Counted from the first letter of the stretch, positions 27,183 to 36,970 are shown. The stretch is 63,110 bases of DNA from Lachnospiraceae bacterium (GCA_017524595.1 JAFXVI010000010.1:1-63110), one strand, 5' to 3'. Made by a program: numbers and translations. Notes: generated from the sequence alone by a model not told the origin.

Positions 27183-28886
27183 CTACTGTACAGGAAGCTT
27201 AAATGAACTTTTAAGCGATACTATACGGTTGAACACAAGCGCATCATCCTTTGAATCTCTGGCATCAACGCAGAAATAACCCTGTCTTACAAACTGGAAG
27301 CTATCATAAGGTCCTGCACCTTTTATACTCTCTTCTATCCTGCAGTCCTTAAGAACGGTACGTGAATTCGGATTAAGATTCAGCGATCCGTCCTCTTCAT
27401 TGTATACGCCCTTATCCTCATCAACAAGGTTTTCATACAGCCGTACCTCCGCCTTGACGCTGTGTCCGGCGCTTACCCAGTGGATAGTTCCCTTTACCTT
27501 GCGGGTACTGCATTCACCGTTTCTGGTTTCCGGATCATAGGTACAATGGACTTCAGTAACCTTGCCGCTGTCATCGGTTTCATAGCTTACGCACCTGACA
27601 AAATAGGCATTCATCAATCGTACTTCATTCCCCGGAAACAGGCGGAAATACTTCTTTGGAGGCTCTATCATGAAATCCTCCCTGTCTATGAACAATTCCT
27701 TTGAAAAAGCCACCTTGCGCATGCCCAGACTTTCATTCTCAAGATTATTGGCAACCTCAAAATACTCAACCTGATCATCGGGATAATTATCTATGATAAG
27801 CTTTATTGGATCAAGCACCGCCATGATGCGGCTTTTCTTACACTTGAGATCTTCGCGTATGCAGTATTCAAGCATCGCATAATCAACACTGGAATTACCC
27901 TTGCTGACACCACACAGTTCCACAAACATCCTGATGGATTCAGGTGTGAATCCCCTTCTCCTCAGAGCCGCAATGGAAACAAGTCTCGGATCATCCCAGC
28001 CGTCAACTATGCCATCCTCAACCAGCTTCTTGATATACCTCTTTCCGGTGACAACATTGGTCAGATACAGTTTCGCAAATTCTATCTGTCTTGGTGGATA
28101 TTCGTATTCAAGTTCCCTTACCACCCAGTCATATAACGGCCTGTGATCTTCGAACTCAAGCGTGCATATAGAATGTGTTATGCCCTCGATCGCGTCCTCT
28201 ATCGGATGCGCAAAATCATACATAGGATAAATACACCATTTATCCCCCGTATTGTGATGGCTCATATGTGCCACACGGTATATGACGGGATCACGCATAT
28301 TGATGTTAGGACTTGCCATATCTATCTTGGCCCTTAATACCTTCTCGCCGTCCTCATACTTCCCGTTCTTCATATTTTCAAAGAGCTCTAGATTCTCTTC
28401 AACGCTTCTGTCCCTGTAAGGACTGTTTTTACCCGGAGTTTCAAAACTCCCGCGATACTCCTTTATCTCTTCGGCGCTTAAGTCACAGACAAAAGCCTTG
28501 CCTTTCTTAATGAGCTTGACAGCAGCTTCATACATCTGGTCAAAATAGTCGGAGGCAAAGAAAAGCCTGTCTTCATAATCTGCTCCAAGCCACTGGACGT
28601 CAGCCTTAATGGATTCAACGAACTCTGTCTTTTCCTTGGTTGGATTGGTATCATCAAAACGCAGGTTGAACTTGCCGCCATACTCCTTAGCCAGTCCATA
28701 GTTGAGCAGTATTGATTTTGCATGGCCTATATGAAGATATCCGTTGGGCTCAGGCGGGAACCTTGTATGTACCGACTTATAATGCCCTTCGTTTAAATCC
28801 TTATCGATCTCATTTTCAATAAAATTGCGGGAAATCACTTCCTTTTCCCCGCCTTCTTCTTTCACTGTATGTTCAATATCCGACAT
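27183..28886 (-). CDS. glnS: Glutamine--tRNA ligase
   Basis: 567 aa. [18 protein letters not shown] (HIGH motif), LRFDDTNP, and class I architecture with a GlnRS-type C-terminal anticodon-binding domain. Confidence 0.93.
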   Translation of the reverse strand: MSDIEHTVKEEGGEKEVISRNFIENEIDKDLNEGHYKSVHTRFPPEPNGYLHIGHAKSILLNYGLAKEYGGKFNLRFDDTNPTKEKTEFVESIKADVQWLGADYEDRLFFASDYFDQMYEAAVKLIKKGKAFVCDLSAEEIKEYRGSFETPGKNSPYRDRSVEENLELFENMKNGKYEDGEKVLRAKIDMASPNINMRDPVIYRVAHMSHHNTGDKWCIYPMYDFAHPIEDAIEGITHSICTLEFEDHRPLYDWVVRELEYEYPPRQIEFAKLYLTNVVTGKRYIKKLVEDGIVDGWDDPRLVSIAALRRRGFTPESIRMFVELCGVSKGNSSVDYAMLEYCIREDLKCKKSRIMAVLDPIKLIIDNYPDDQVEYFEVANNLENESLGMRKVAFSKELFIDREDFMIEPPKKYFRLFPGNEVRLMNAYFVRCVSYETDDSGKVTEVHCTYDPETRNGECSTRKVKGTIHWVSAGHSVKAEVRLYENLVDEDKGVYNEEDGSLNLNPNSRTVLKDCRIEESIKGAGPYDSFQFVRQGYFCVDARDSKDDALVFNRIVSLKSSFKLPVQ

Positions 28887-28909
28887 TGCACAAGCTCCTT
28901 CATATAAAA

Positions 28910-28951
28910 GTACCTATCCGAAGCCTTAAACATAAAGCCCCGAATAGGTAC
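28910..28951 (-). terminator. Terminator of the MCP gene, immediately upstream of the glnS SD
   Basis: Long imperfect stem (outer 8 bp GTACCTAT/ATAGGTAC plus about 10 further pairs including G-U), followed on the minus strand by TTTTATATGAAGGAG. Confidence 0.6.
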
Positions 28952-28987
28952 ATAATACCAAAAAAACGATTGTTCAACAAGATATAT

Positions 28988-30748
28988 TTACGACTTGAAG
29001 TAACTGATTATATCCTGAAGTTCCCTTGCAAGTCCCTGCAGGTTGTTTGCTGAATCGTTAATGATACTGAACGTTGCATTAAGTTCCTGCATTGAAGCAT
29101 TAGTCTCCTCGGTAGACGCCGCATTCTCCTCGGATATTGCAGACAGATCGGATACTATTCCGACGAGCGTATCCTTCGCTCCTGTAAGACCCTCGATCTT
29201 TGCCGCGATGGCATCTGCGCTCTCCGCTACGCTTACAACGCCCTGCGCCATCGACTCCATATTATCCCTTGTCGCTTCCATCTGAACCGACTGGCTCTCA
29301 AAACTCTCGTTAAGCCTTGCCATAACATCAACTGATGCGGAAGCATCCTGAAGAAGCTGATCCACGATACGCCCTATCTCCTGCGCACTCTGATTGGACT
29401 GTTCTGCCAAAGCTGCTATCTCCTCAGCAACTACCGCAAATCCACGTCCTGCCTCGCCGGCCCTCGCCGCTTCGATCGAAGCGTTCAATGAAAGCAGATT
29501 GGTCTGGCTTGCGATTGCAGTTATCGCAGCAACAAAATTATGGATATCCTTGGCAGATCCGTTCGTCGAATCAATTGTCTGGCCTATCTCACGTACTGAC
29601 TCCTGAACCTCACGGCTCTGTGAAAGCAGCTTGTTAAGGGCATCCATTGCCTCATCACAGTTAATCTTCATGCTCTCAGCATAGCTGTCAAGCTGCTCAA
29701 CATTACCTGCTATGATCTCGATATCATTGCCTATATCATTAGTATTACCGGCTGCATGTTCAACGCTCTCAGCCTGCGAAACAGCTCCCTGACTTATTTC
29801 ATCAACAGCAACGGTAACCTGTCCCGATGCCTGTGAAGCCTGGTCGGATGATGAGGCAAGCTCATTACCTGCCGATGAAACTTCCCTAGCCATTGCGTTA
29901 CTCCTGCCCATAATATCGCGAAGTTTTCTGGTAAGTGTTGAAGTTGCAAGCTGCATCTGACCGATCTCATCCTTACCCAGTGATTCATCATCAGGAAGTT
30001 GAACAGCAAGATTACCTGCCGCAAGTTCCTTAAGGTTTTCTGTTGCGGAACCAACGCCTGCGCGAATGCCTCTTATTATCATTATAGCAATGATGATAAG
30101 AATGACGATGAGTACTCCGAATATAACTGATAACATCACGATCTTCTGGGTGATCTCGTTGCTGATAGCCTGATGCTCCTTCTCTGCCCAAGTCTCTGTT
30201 ATCTCCTGCATGTCATCGAGCATATCCCTTGCACTGCGGAAACCGTTAATAAAACCATCCCAGCTTCCGGTGCCACTCTTAAGGTCGTACATACCTCTCC
30301 ACTCATTATAGTAATTCATAAAATTCTCTTCGGCCGAAGCAAACGTATTTCCATCCTCTGCCTTTATTTCATTTAAGAGTACTGAATTCTGCTTGGCTGA
30401 TTCCAGTGCACCTTCAACCCTCTCAACAACCTGTGCACAGTTATTCTCATAATCGTCAATATTGGTCTGCAAATACTCGGGTATCATTTCTTCAGGCGCA
30501 TCAGAATAACCGTTTGCAATATCATAATACTGGGTCGCTGCATAGATGGCCTGATAAAAATCACGGTCTCCGTTTACCAACTTACTGTTTACATCATAAA
30601 GGATATTATAATATACCGTAGCGACTTCATCCTCAACACTGTTCATCTCCACTCCGATCACAACGCATGCTATCATAAGTGCTATGGCAAGCGGTACGGT
30701 AAGTATGAGCAACTTGATCCTCACACTGATATTCTTTAAAAATCCCAT
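28988..30748 (-). CDS. Methyl-accepting chemotaxis protein
   Basis: Two TM segments flank a ~190-aa sensor, followed by a HAMP domain and the conserved signalling hairpin ([32 protein letters not shown]). ATG 30748 follows AAAGGAGAA and is preferred over the upstream start. Confidence 0.9.
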   Translation of the reverse strand: MGFLKNISVRIKLLILTVPLAIALMIACVVIGVEMNSVEDEVATVYYNILYDVNSKLVNGDRDFYQAIYAATQYYDIANGYSDAPEEMIPEYLQTNIDDYENNCAQVVERVEGALESAKQNSVLLNEIKAEDGNTFASAEENFMNYYNEWRGMYDLKSGTGSWDGFINGFRSARDMLDDMQEITETWAEKEHQAISNEITQKIVMLSVIFGVLIVILIIIAIMIIRGIRAGVGSATENLKELAAGNLAVQLPDDESLGKDEIGQMQLATSTLTRKLRDIMGRSNAMAREVSSAGNELASSSDQASQASGQVTVAVDEISQGAVSQAESVEHAAGNTNDIGNDIEIIAGNVEQLDSYAESMKINCDEAMDALNKLLSQSREVQESVREIGQTIDSTNGSAKDIHNFVAAITAIASQTNLLSLNASIEAARAGEAGRGFAVVAEEIAALAEQSNQSAQEIGRIVDQLLQDASASVDVMARLNESFESQSVQMEATRDNMESMAQGVVSVAESADAIAAKIEGLTGAKDTLVGIVSDLSAISEENAASTEETNASMQELNATFSIINDSANNLQGLARELQDIISYFKS

Positions 30749-30929
30749 CCTGTTCTCCTTTTCTGTCATATTCTTAAGTCTTAAGTGACTAACAATAGTA
30801 ATTGTATACATAATAATAAGCTTATTTGACACATAATTCAATAAAAATGACCAAATTTTCTAAATTTTTCACTGTAAAATTAAAGAAATGTATGATAAAC
30901 TAAAAAAAACAAAAAAGAGAGGTGGGAAC

Positions 30930-31346
30930 ATGAAAAATTTTATAAAGGAATTCAAGGAATTTATAAGTAAGGGCAACGTAATGGATATGGCAGTCGGCGT
31001 TATCATCGGCGGTGCTTTCACTGCGATCGTAACATCGCTGGTCGATGACATCATCATGCCGTTAATCTCGCTCCTTACCGGAGGGATGGATTTTTCCGGA
31101 CTTTCAATCGCTCTTGGGACCGGCGAAGGCGCAGCTACGTTCAATTACGGTGCGTTCATCACTGCAGTCATCAACTTCCTGCTCATAGCGCTTGTAATTT
31201 TTTCCGTCATCAAGGCTATGAACAAGTTCAATAAGAAGAAAGAAGAAGAACCGGATCCCACCACCAAAAAATGTCCTTTCTGCCAGTCAGATATAGATAT
31301 AAAGGCTACAAGATGTCCGCATTGTACATCCGAACTGGAAAAATAA
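30930..31346 (+). CDS. mscL: Large-conductance mechanosensitive channel MscL with a C-terminal CxxC...CxxC zinc-ribbon tail
   Basis: [46 protein letters not shown] is canonical MscL. The tail is [27 protein letters not shown] 30930 follows GAGAGGTGGG. Confidence 0.9.
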   Translation: MKNFIKEFKEFISKGNVMDMAVGVIIGGAFTAIVTSLVDDIIMPLISLLTGGMDFSGLSIALGTGEGAATFNYGAFITAVINFLLIALVIFSVIKAMNKFNKKKEEEPDPTTKKCPFCQSDIDIKATRCPHCTSELEK

Positions 31347-31363
31347 AAGATCAAAAACAGATC

Positions 31364-31400
31364 AAGCGGCCGGATCATGTGATCCCGGCCGCTTTTTTCT
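31364..31400 (+). terminator. Rho-independent terminator of mscL
   Basis: AAGCGGCCGG-11 nt-CCGGCCGCTT followed by TTTTTT. It overlaps the last codons of the convergent HD-GYP gene. Confidence 0.75.
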
Positions 31401-34400
31401 TATCTTCTTCCTCTTTGGCTTCCTTATCCTGCTTCTTATGGATATTATCTATATCCTCGGTAGTACCGCCTCCCACATCATCCGGATGCCTGAACTGACC
31501 TCTTTCAACAAGACGCAGAAAGGCATCCACAACGTCGGGCGTAAGCTGTGTACCTGACACCTCGCTTATTATTGATACAGCCTTGTCAAAATTCATCCTC
31601 TTTCGATACGGACGATCCGAATACATAGCATCAAAAGTATCCGCAACTCCGATTATCTGCGCCACACGTGAAATTTCATCTGCCTTAAGTCCCTTGGGAT
31701 AACCCTTACCGTCAGGACGCTCATGGTGCTCCCCTGCGCCTATAGCAAGTTCAGGCATAATGCTTATATCCTTAAGAACATTAAATCCAAGAGCCGAGTG
31801 TGATTTTATGATACCGAATTCCTCATCCGTAAGCTTGCCAGCCTTATTGAGTACCTCGGGCGGAACTCCTATCTTGCCTATGTCATGCAGCAGGGCGATA
31901 TTATAATACTTTTCGACCGTCTCTTCATTATACCCGAGTTCCCTTGCAAGCATTGCGGTATATTCAGCAACACGCGAAGAATGACCGCGCGTATACTTGT
32001 CTTTCATATCTATCGTCTTGGCAAACGCCTCGATCATCTCGCGTACGAAGGTTCTGTTCTCTTCATCTTTCTTAAGAAGTGCAGCCGTACGCTTCTTTAC
32101 ATATTTCTGAACCAGCCAGTAAATTAACGCTCCCAGGACTCCTATGGAAACAACGATGAACCAGGGCATCTCATAAAATGCAGGATCCTTGTAGATCGGA
32201 ACTATCAGCTCCTTGCTACCCTCGCCCATGGAATCCTTTAGTTCCATAATGAACCGGTAATTTCCGCCCCTTAAATTCGTATAATCGGCAGGCTTAAGAT
32301 CCTTTCTGTTTACTGTTACCGGTTCCTTATCCACTCCTTCAAGATAATATGTCACCTGAGGGTTCATGAGTGAATATGTAAACACATAATCGAAGACTGT
32401 CAGCTTTTTGGTGCCCGGTGGGAGCACGATAGTCCCTTCCTTGTTAGGGTATATCCGCTCTCCATCGGCAGTCACATAAGGCACTGACATCTTGACATTT
32501 TCCACATCATCAAAGGTATCCTCGATATTTACCTTGGCAACGCCCGTAGTTCCGGCAATGTACAGGTCTCCGTTCTCTGTCAGTACACTGTATGAATTGG
32601 CCGTGGCTATGCATGGAAGGCCGTTATCCCTTCCAAAGAACACAGGATTGACCGTTCCGTTTGCGATAAGTTCCTCTGCAGATACGACATACACGCCGTT
32701 ACTGCTTAAGATCCACACCTCTCCTTTGCTGTTTTCATAAAGGTCAAAGTTATTGGAATAAGGGAATTCACTTATAGTCGTGACCTTGTGGTCCTTATCC
32801 ATATATGCTATGGAATTGCTGGTAACTATCCAGTATATATCCCTTTGCGGATCCTTCTTTATACGCATCACGACTTCGGAAGAAAGCCCTGCTTCAATGC
32901 CATAGCGCACCATCTTGCTGTTGTTTATAGCATATATCCCGTCTCCGTCTGTTCCAAGCAGCATATCACCGTCTTCGCCCTCGGCAACAGTCAGTATCTC
33001 CGTATTGCTAAGTCCAGTCGTTTCATCATATGACTCGACAACCTCATCATCCCTTATCACCGCCATACCGCCCGAGCAGGCAACCATTATGCTTCCATCG
33101 CTCCGCTCACAGACTGTCCTTACCTTGTCGGAAGGAAGACCAGATTCCTGCGAGAAACGCATGATCTTCCCGTTATCGTATTTTAGCAGGGCGTTGTCAC
33201 TGTAAGTGGATATCCACATGCAGTTCCTGCTGTCCTTTATTATTGAGCGTACCTTGCAGCCCTTAAGCATCTTTATAAGATCATCGCCCTCAATCTTATT
33301 GTTCCTGTTATCAACCGCTTCCTTAACCGGAAACCTGTCAAGGACCATTCCCGTGGAGCCGATGATCGTAATACCCGAACTCTTGGTGCCGATGAACAGG
33401 CAATTGTCATACATGCATGTTGAATTGACCACAGTTTCGTTAATACCATATCTGTCAAAAATATCCGTAAATCTGTTAGGCACTATCTTCATGACGCCCT
33501 GTTTGGAGGATGTGAACCACAGATTGCCCTGATAATCGGTCATCAGGCATTCTGCCGAACTGTTTATGGGGAGATGATCAAGCTTGGTAAATATACCATC
33601 TTTTACAATGCCTATGCCGTTATCGGCGCATATCCAAATCTGATCCTCTATATATTCAAGGGAATTGATATATTCAAGCGGTAATACATTTATCACTCGG
33701 GGATATCTGAAGCCATCATTAAGATTACCGTGATATATTCCGGCTTCCTTGGTTCCAACATATACATATCCCTCATTCTCAGGATCCGGAAGTATTGTAT
33801 AAATATCCGGAACTCCGAGCTTATCTCCGTTATAGAACCCTGTGATCCTGCCATCTTTTATCGTGAAAAAATCACCATCGGCGGTAACTCCGTAAATGGT
33901 ATCATCATTACCGCGCTTCAGTACACGAATGTATTCGTCATTGATCTGCGGCTCATCGAAAAGGGCCAGCTTCATGTCATTGTCTATCCTGACCATTCCA
34001 TGAGTGGTAGCTATATATATGATACCTTCACTGTCCTCGCATATGGAACGGATCGAAGATGACATGAGTCCGTCAGCCTTGGTATACATCTTAAGACTGC
34101 CCTTCTCCATCACGGCAACACCGCTGTCATTCGTGCCTATCCATAAACGATCCTTACTATCAACATACAGGCTTACGACGCTTGCGATACCTGTTGTGGA
34201 ATCGATACGTTCAAAAGTATTCCCATCATAACGTATCAGGCCGCTATAACTTCCTATCCATATAAACCCATCGCTGGTCCTTTCTATCGCATTGGCCTCG
34301 GCCGTAGGAAGACCATTGGTATTATCATAAAGCACAGCGGAATATCCATCGCCCCTTGCCGTCATATCGACAGACAGCTCTGCTTTTTCTTCCGCCGCAT

Positions 34401-34503
34401 ATACTACTGTTGTGTTATGTAAACCATGTGGTAATCCCGAGGCAATCAATAATACTGCCAGACCTATGCCTGTGCTAATCTTTAATACTGTACCCTTATA
34501 CAT
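31375..34503 (-). CDS. Two-component-regulator-propeller / Y_Y_Y sensor fused through one TM to an HD-GYP phosphodiesterase domain
   Basis: 1042 aa from ATG 34503 (SD AGGAGAGAG). Signal/TM, then ~700 aa of repeated beta-propeller blades (DG.IWIGT/LWIGTNDSGV type), a Y_Y_Y-like Ig module, a TM (WFIVVSIGVLGALIYWLV), then LHDIGKIGVP and HHERPDGKGYPKGL. Confidence 0.85.
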   Translation of the reverse strand: MYKGTVLKISTGIGLAVLLIASGLPHGLHNTTVVYAAEEKAELSVDMTARGDGYSAVLYDNTNGLPTAEANAIERTSDGFIWIGSYSGLIRYDGNTFERIDSTTGIASVVSLYVDSKDRLWIGTNDSGVAVMEKGSLKMYTKADGLMSSSIRSICEDSEGIIYIATTHGMVRIDNDMKLALFDEPQINDEYIRVLKRGNDDTIYGVTADGDFFTIKDGRITGFYNGDKLGVPDIYTILPDPENEGYVYVGTKEAGIYHGNLNDGFRYPRVINVLPLEYINSLEYIEDQIWICADNGIGIVKDGIFTKLDHLPINSSAECLMTDYQGNLWFTSSKQGVMKIVPNRFTDIFDRYGINETVVNSTCMYDNCLFIGTKSSGITIIGSTGMVLDRFPVKEAVDNRNNKIEGDDLIKMLKGCKVRSIIKDSRNCMWISTYSDNALLKYDNGKIMRFSQESGLPSDKVRTVCERSDGSIMVACSGGMAVIRDDEVVESYDETTGLSNTEILTVAEGEDGDMLLGTDGDGIYAINNSKMVRYGIEAGLSSEVVMRIKKDPQRDIYWIVTSNSIAYMDKDHKVTTISEFPYSNNFDLYENSKGEVWILSSNGVYVVSAEELIANGTVNPVFFGRDNGLPCIATANSYSVLTENGDLYIAGTTGVAKVNIEDTFDDVENVKMSVPYVTADGERIYPNKEGTIVLPPGTKKLTVFDYVFTYSLMNPQVTYYLEGVDKEPVTVNRKDLKPADYTNLRGGNYRFIMELKDSMGEGSKELIVPIYKDPAFYEMPWFIVVSIGVLGALIYWLVQKYVKKRTAALLKKDEENRTFVREMIEAFAKTIDMKDKYTRGHSSRVAEYTAMLARELGYNEETVEKYYNIALLHDIGKIGVPPEVLNKAGKLTDEEFGIIKSHSALGFNVLKDISIMPELAIGAGEHHERPDGKGYPKGLKADEISRVAQIIGVADTFDAMYSDRPYRKRMNFDKAVSIISEVSGTQLTPDVVDAFLRLVERGQFRHPDDVGGGTTEDIDNIHKKQDKEAKEEEDKKKAAGIT

Positions 34504-34586
34504 ATGTCTCTCTCCTGTTCGTAAGAACATAAAACTCCCCGTTATCCCGGATCATCCGGCTTAGGATATGGAAATAATAAGATCAT

Positions 34587-36125
34587 TCAGACTATCAGTT
34601 CAAAATCAAGGAAATTTAAATTGCTGCTGCCAGTAAATCTAAAGTAAAGTGCATATATACCATCCGCAATGTTTACATCACACTCGTCCCTCTTGTATGC
34701 ATTGGTAGAAGACACCGGAATACCGCCTATAAACTTCCGTTCTAAAAGGCTGTCCTTTCCGGCTGCATATATCTCCATGTTTCCACGACCATATCCTTTG
34801 GTCCTTATGGCAATTTTCTTAAGTCCCTTTATATCAAAGTACTTAAATCCGGCTGTAGCCTTATCCTTCATATTTGTAATATAACTGTGAATATCCTTAT
34901 CAAGCCCCGAATTATCATCTATCTCTTCCGGTCTTGCAATCCTTTCATATTCATCTGGAGTCACATCCGAATGATCCTGAGTGATCTTCGGGAAAACATC
35001 AGGCAGCCAGCCCGTCCATGGAACCAGCATGAACCTGTCTCCACCCTCCGACAATGAACATACATCTTCCGGCTTTAATCCTTCTACATAGAGATTGCAT
35101 GCGAGATAGGAAGGATATACACCGCTTCCCTTAAAAGGTACTCCGCCGCATGACGTGATCTCAACCTGCGGAATACTCCCATCCTTATTGACTGTAAGAC
35201 GCTCAAGGCAGCCCTGACGGCTGTAATTGTGAGCATTCGTATGCCTGTGATAAAATATGTACCATTCACCAGCTATCTCAACCACGCTTCCATGATTGTT
35301 GGCATAGGGTGCACACGGCGTATCCGCCGCCTTATATGTGTCTATTCCTATATCCGCATTACTGACTATGACGCCTCCGTACTCAAACGGTCCCTTCGGA
35401 GAATCAGCTGTGGCATAACATAATTCATGATTCACGATCGATGAGTATATAAAATAATATCTGCCGTTTATTACCCTTATTGAAGGAGCCTCAAAAAAAG
35501 CATGACCTTCATATCCTGTCCCCCTCGCATAGTATTCCGAAGGAGCAACAAATATAGGTTCCTCAAGTATGGTAAGCATATCCTTATCAAGCACAGTCAT
35601 CATGGCACCGTGTTTATTCGGATTATTCGCCTCACAAAATCCGGTATACAGATAGGTTCTGTCACCCTCGGTAAGCACTCCGGGGTCAAACTGCTGCTCA
35701 TCCCCCTCACGCTCGCCAAGCACCGTTCCATCCTTATAATGTACATATCCATAAAACTCAAACTTTCCTGCCAGTTCATCGCAGACAGCTACTGCGACAT
35801 GACTCCTGCTGCTGAGCGAATAGTACAGATAATATCTTCCGTCCGGTCCAACCGTCATATCCGGAGCATAAAGATTGCCCTGCAACGAAGCATTTGACGG
35901 ATCCTGTTTTTTCTTATATATAACGCCTTCATAACGCCAGTCTCCAAGATCATTGACAGGCGCTGACCAGCAAATATAATCAAGCTCACAATATACATCC
36001 CCATTGAACTTATCATGGGAACCGTATACATATACACGTTCTCCAAACACATAGGGCTCGCCATCAGGAATATACTCATAAGGCGGGAGATACGGATTAG
36101 TGATCTGTTTTAAGTTTGGATTCAT
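34587..36125 (-). CDS. Glycoside hydrolase family 43 (beta-xylosidase/alpha-L-arabinofuranosidase type) with a C-terminal beta-sandwich domain
   Basis: NPYLPPYEYIPDGEPYVFGERVYVYGSHD, YAPDM, FEAPSI and similar are GH43 five-bladed-propeller signatures. ATG 36125 lies 5 nt after GGAGG. Confidence 0.85.
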   Translation of the reverse strand: MNPNLKQITNPYLPPYEYIPDGEPYVFGERVYVYGSHDKFNGDVYCELDYICWSAPVNDLGDWRYEGVIYKKKQDPSNASLQGNLYAPDMTVGPDGRYYLYYSLSSRSHVAVAVCDELAGKFEFYGYVHYKDGTVLGEREGDEQQFDPGVLTEGDRTYLYTGFCEANNPNKHGAMMTVLDKDMLTILEEPIFVAPSEYYARGTGYEGHAFFEAPSIRVINGRYYFIYSSIVNHELCYATADSPKGPFEYGGVIVSNADIGIDTYKAADTPCAPYANNHGSVVEIAGEWYIFYHRHTNAHNYSRQGCLERLTVNKDGSIPQVEITSCGGVPFKGSGVYPSYLACNLYVEGLKPEDVCSLSEGGDRFMLVPWTGWLPDVFPKITQDHSDVTPDEYERIARPEEIDDNSGLDKDIHSYITNMKDKATAGFKYFDIKGLKKIAIRTKGYGRGNMEIYAAGKDSLLERKFIGGIPVSSTNAYKRDECDVNIADGIYALYFRFTGSSNLNFLDFELIV

Positions 36126-36158
36126 AAACACCTCCGAGCATAATGATTTGTTGGATAG

Positions 36159-36178
36159 ATTATATCATATCGGAAACA
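36159..36178 (-). promoter_or_regulatory. Extended -10 promoter of the GH43 gene overlapped by a cre-like site
   Basis: Minus strand: TGATATAAT (36167-36159). TGTTTCCGATATGA (36178-36165) matches the CcpA cre consensus TGWNANCGNTNWCA at 12/14 positions. Confidence 0.3.
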
Positions 36179-36190
36179 TATTATATACAG

Positions 36191-36429
36191 AAATAAAGCA
36201 AAACAACAACGAGGAAGGCCATGATGCCGATCTGTCGAACACCATGGCCTTCTAATGTGATTGTGCCAATGGACTGTACCTCGCTTCCATCTGAATTATA
36301 GACCAATTCGTTTTTATCACTCACGTCAGCTCTCAACTGTGATCCTTTTTACCCTTGATGGTAATTTCCAATTTTCATATCCGATTCACATTAGACCCGG
36401 CGATAAATCCGAATTACTTTTCTTCTGTT
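36191..36429 (-). ncRNA. Candidate ~240-nt non-coding transcript or cis-regulatory leader (unclassified)
   Basis: Bounded by a consensus promoter (TTGACA 36464-36459, 17 nt spacer, TATTAT 36441-36436) and a terminator (GAAGGCCATG/CATGGCCTTC, 36214-36252, then a T-rich run on the minus strand). It contains only 8- and 12-codon ORFs that lack an SD. Confidence 0.35.
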
Positions 36430-36435
36430 GTGATA

Positions 36436-36464
36436 ATAATATCACATCATTTTGCTTATGTCAA
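36436..36464 (-). promoter_or_regulatory. Near-consensus sigma-A promoter with no downstream ORF
   Basis: TTGACA-17-TATTAT on the minus strand, with a very AT-rich upstream region. Confidence 0.55.
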
Positions 36465-36491
36465 TATTATTTTCTGAATTTTTTAAGTTTT

Positions 36492-36537
36492 TATTGTAAA
36501 TTTATTATAAAATATTGTGTATATTGTTGATTATTGT
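36492..36537. repeat. Four phased copies of TATTGT (ACAATA on the minus strand)
   Basis: Copies start at 36492, 36513, 36522 and 36532, giving spacings of 21, 9 and 10 bp. They lie 28-73 bp upstream of the -35 above. Confidence 0.4.
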
Positions 36538-36586
36538 ATATATTTTCTGGTTTATTGCGCCGATTTCAGACATTTTATCATCCGGA

Positions 36587-36970
36587 TCACAGCCTGTCAT
36601 TTCCTTTGCCTGATTCTATGCGCTTTACGTACTCATCCGGATCGCGCTTCATATTGGCAAATTCATAAAAAGCATTAAGTACAAGTGTCTCCTTATTGCA
36701 GGCAACCGGATTCTTACCAAGCTCACGCACCAGATTATATCTGTCCATCTGCCACACGTACAGGTCAGACATGGAATATCCGCTTATCTTCATTTCATCA
36801 AGAAAAGTATGATTATCCGCATAATACACGAATTCATCATACAGACTGCTGTCACTTAAGAACTCATTCCACAGTTCCTGCGCAAAATCATCATCCTTAC
36901 CGGCATATTCACACAGGCGGCCAAGAAATTCCAACGCCTTTAACTTCCTTGCATCATACAATATACCCAT
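36587..36970 (-). CDS. Hypothetical cytoplasmic protein
   Basis: 127 aa from ATG 36970. I recognise no family. It is co-directional with, and 78 nt downstream of, the PurF-like gene. Confidence 0.55.
   Translation of the reverse strand: MGILYDARKLKALEFLGRLCEYAGKDDDFAQELWNEFLSDSSLYDEFVYYADNHTFLDEMKISGYSMSDLYVWQMDRYNLVRELGKNPVACNKETLVLNAFYEFANMKRDPDEYVKRIESGKGNDRL

Noticed and set aside
27183-28886. GlnRS in a Firmicute as evidence of unusual horizontal transfer.
   Set aside because: Many Clostridia are known to encode glnS alongside or instead of the transamidation route, so this is not distinctive on its own.
36224-36242. GGTGTTCGA, which resembles a tRNA T-arm (GGTTCGA), raising the possibility of a tRNA or tmRNA-like gene.
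   Set aside because: It sits in the loop of the terminator hairpin. No acceptor, D or anticodon arms can be drawn around it.
36261-36530. An 89-aa plus-strand ORF in the large intergenic gap.
   Set aside because: The translation is Phe/Cys/Tyr-rich from AT-rich DNA, with no SD and no promoter in that orientation. The region is better explained by the minus-strand promoter/terminator unit.
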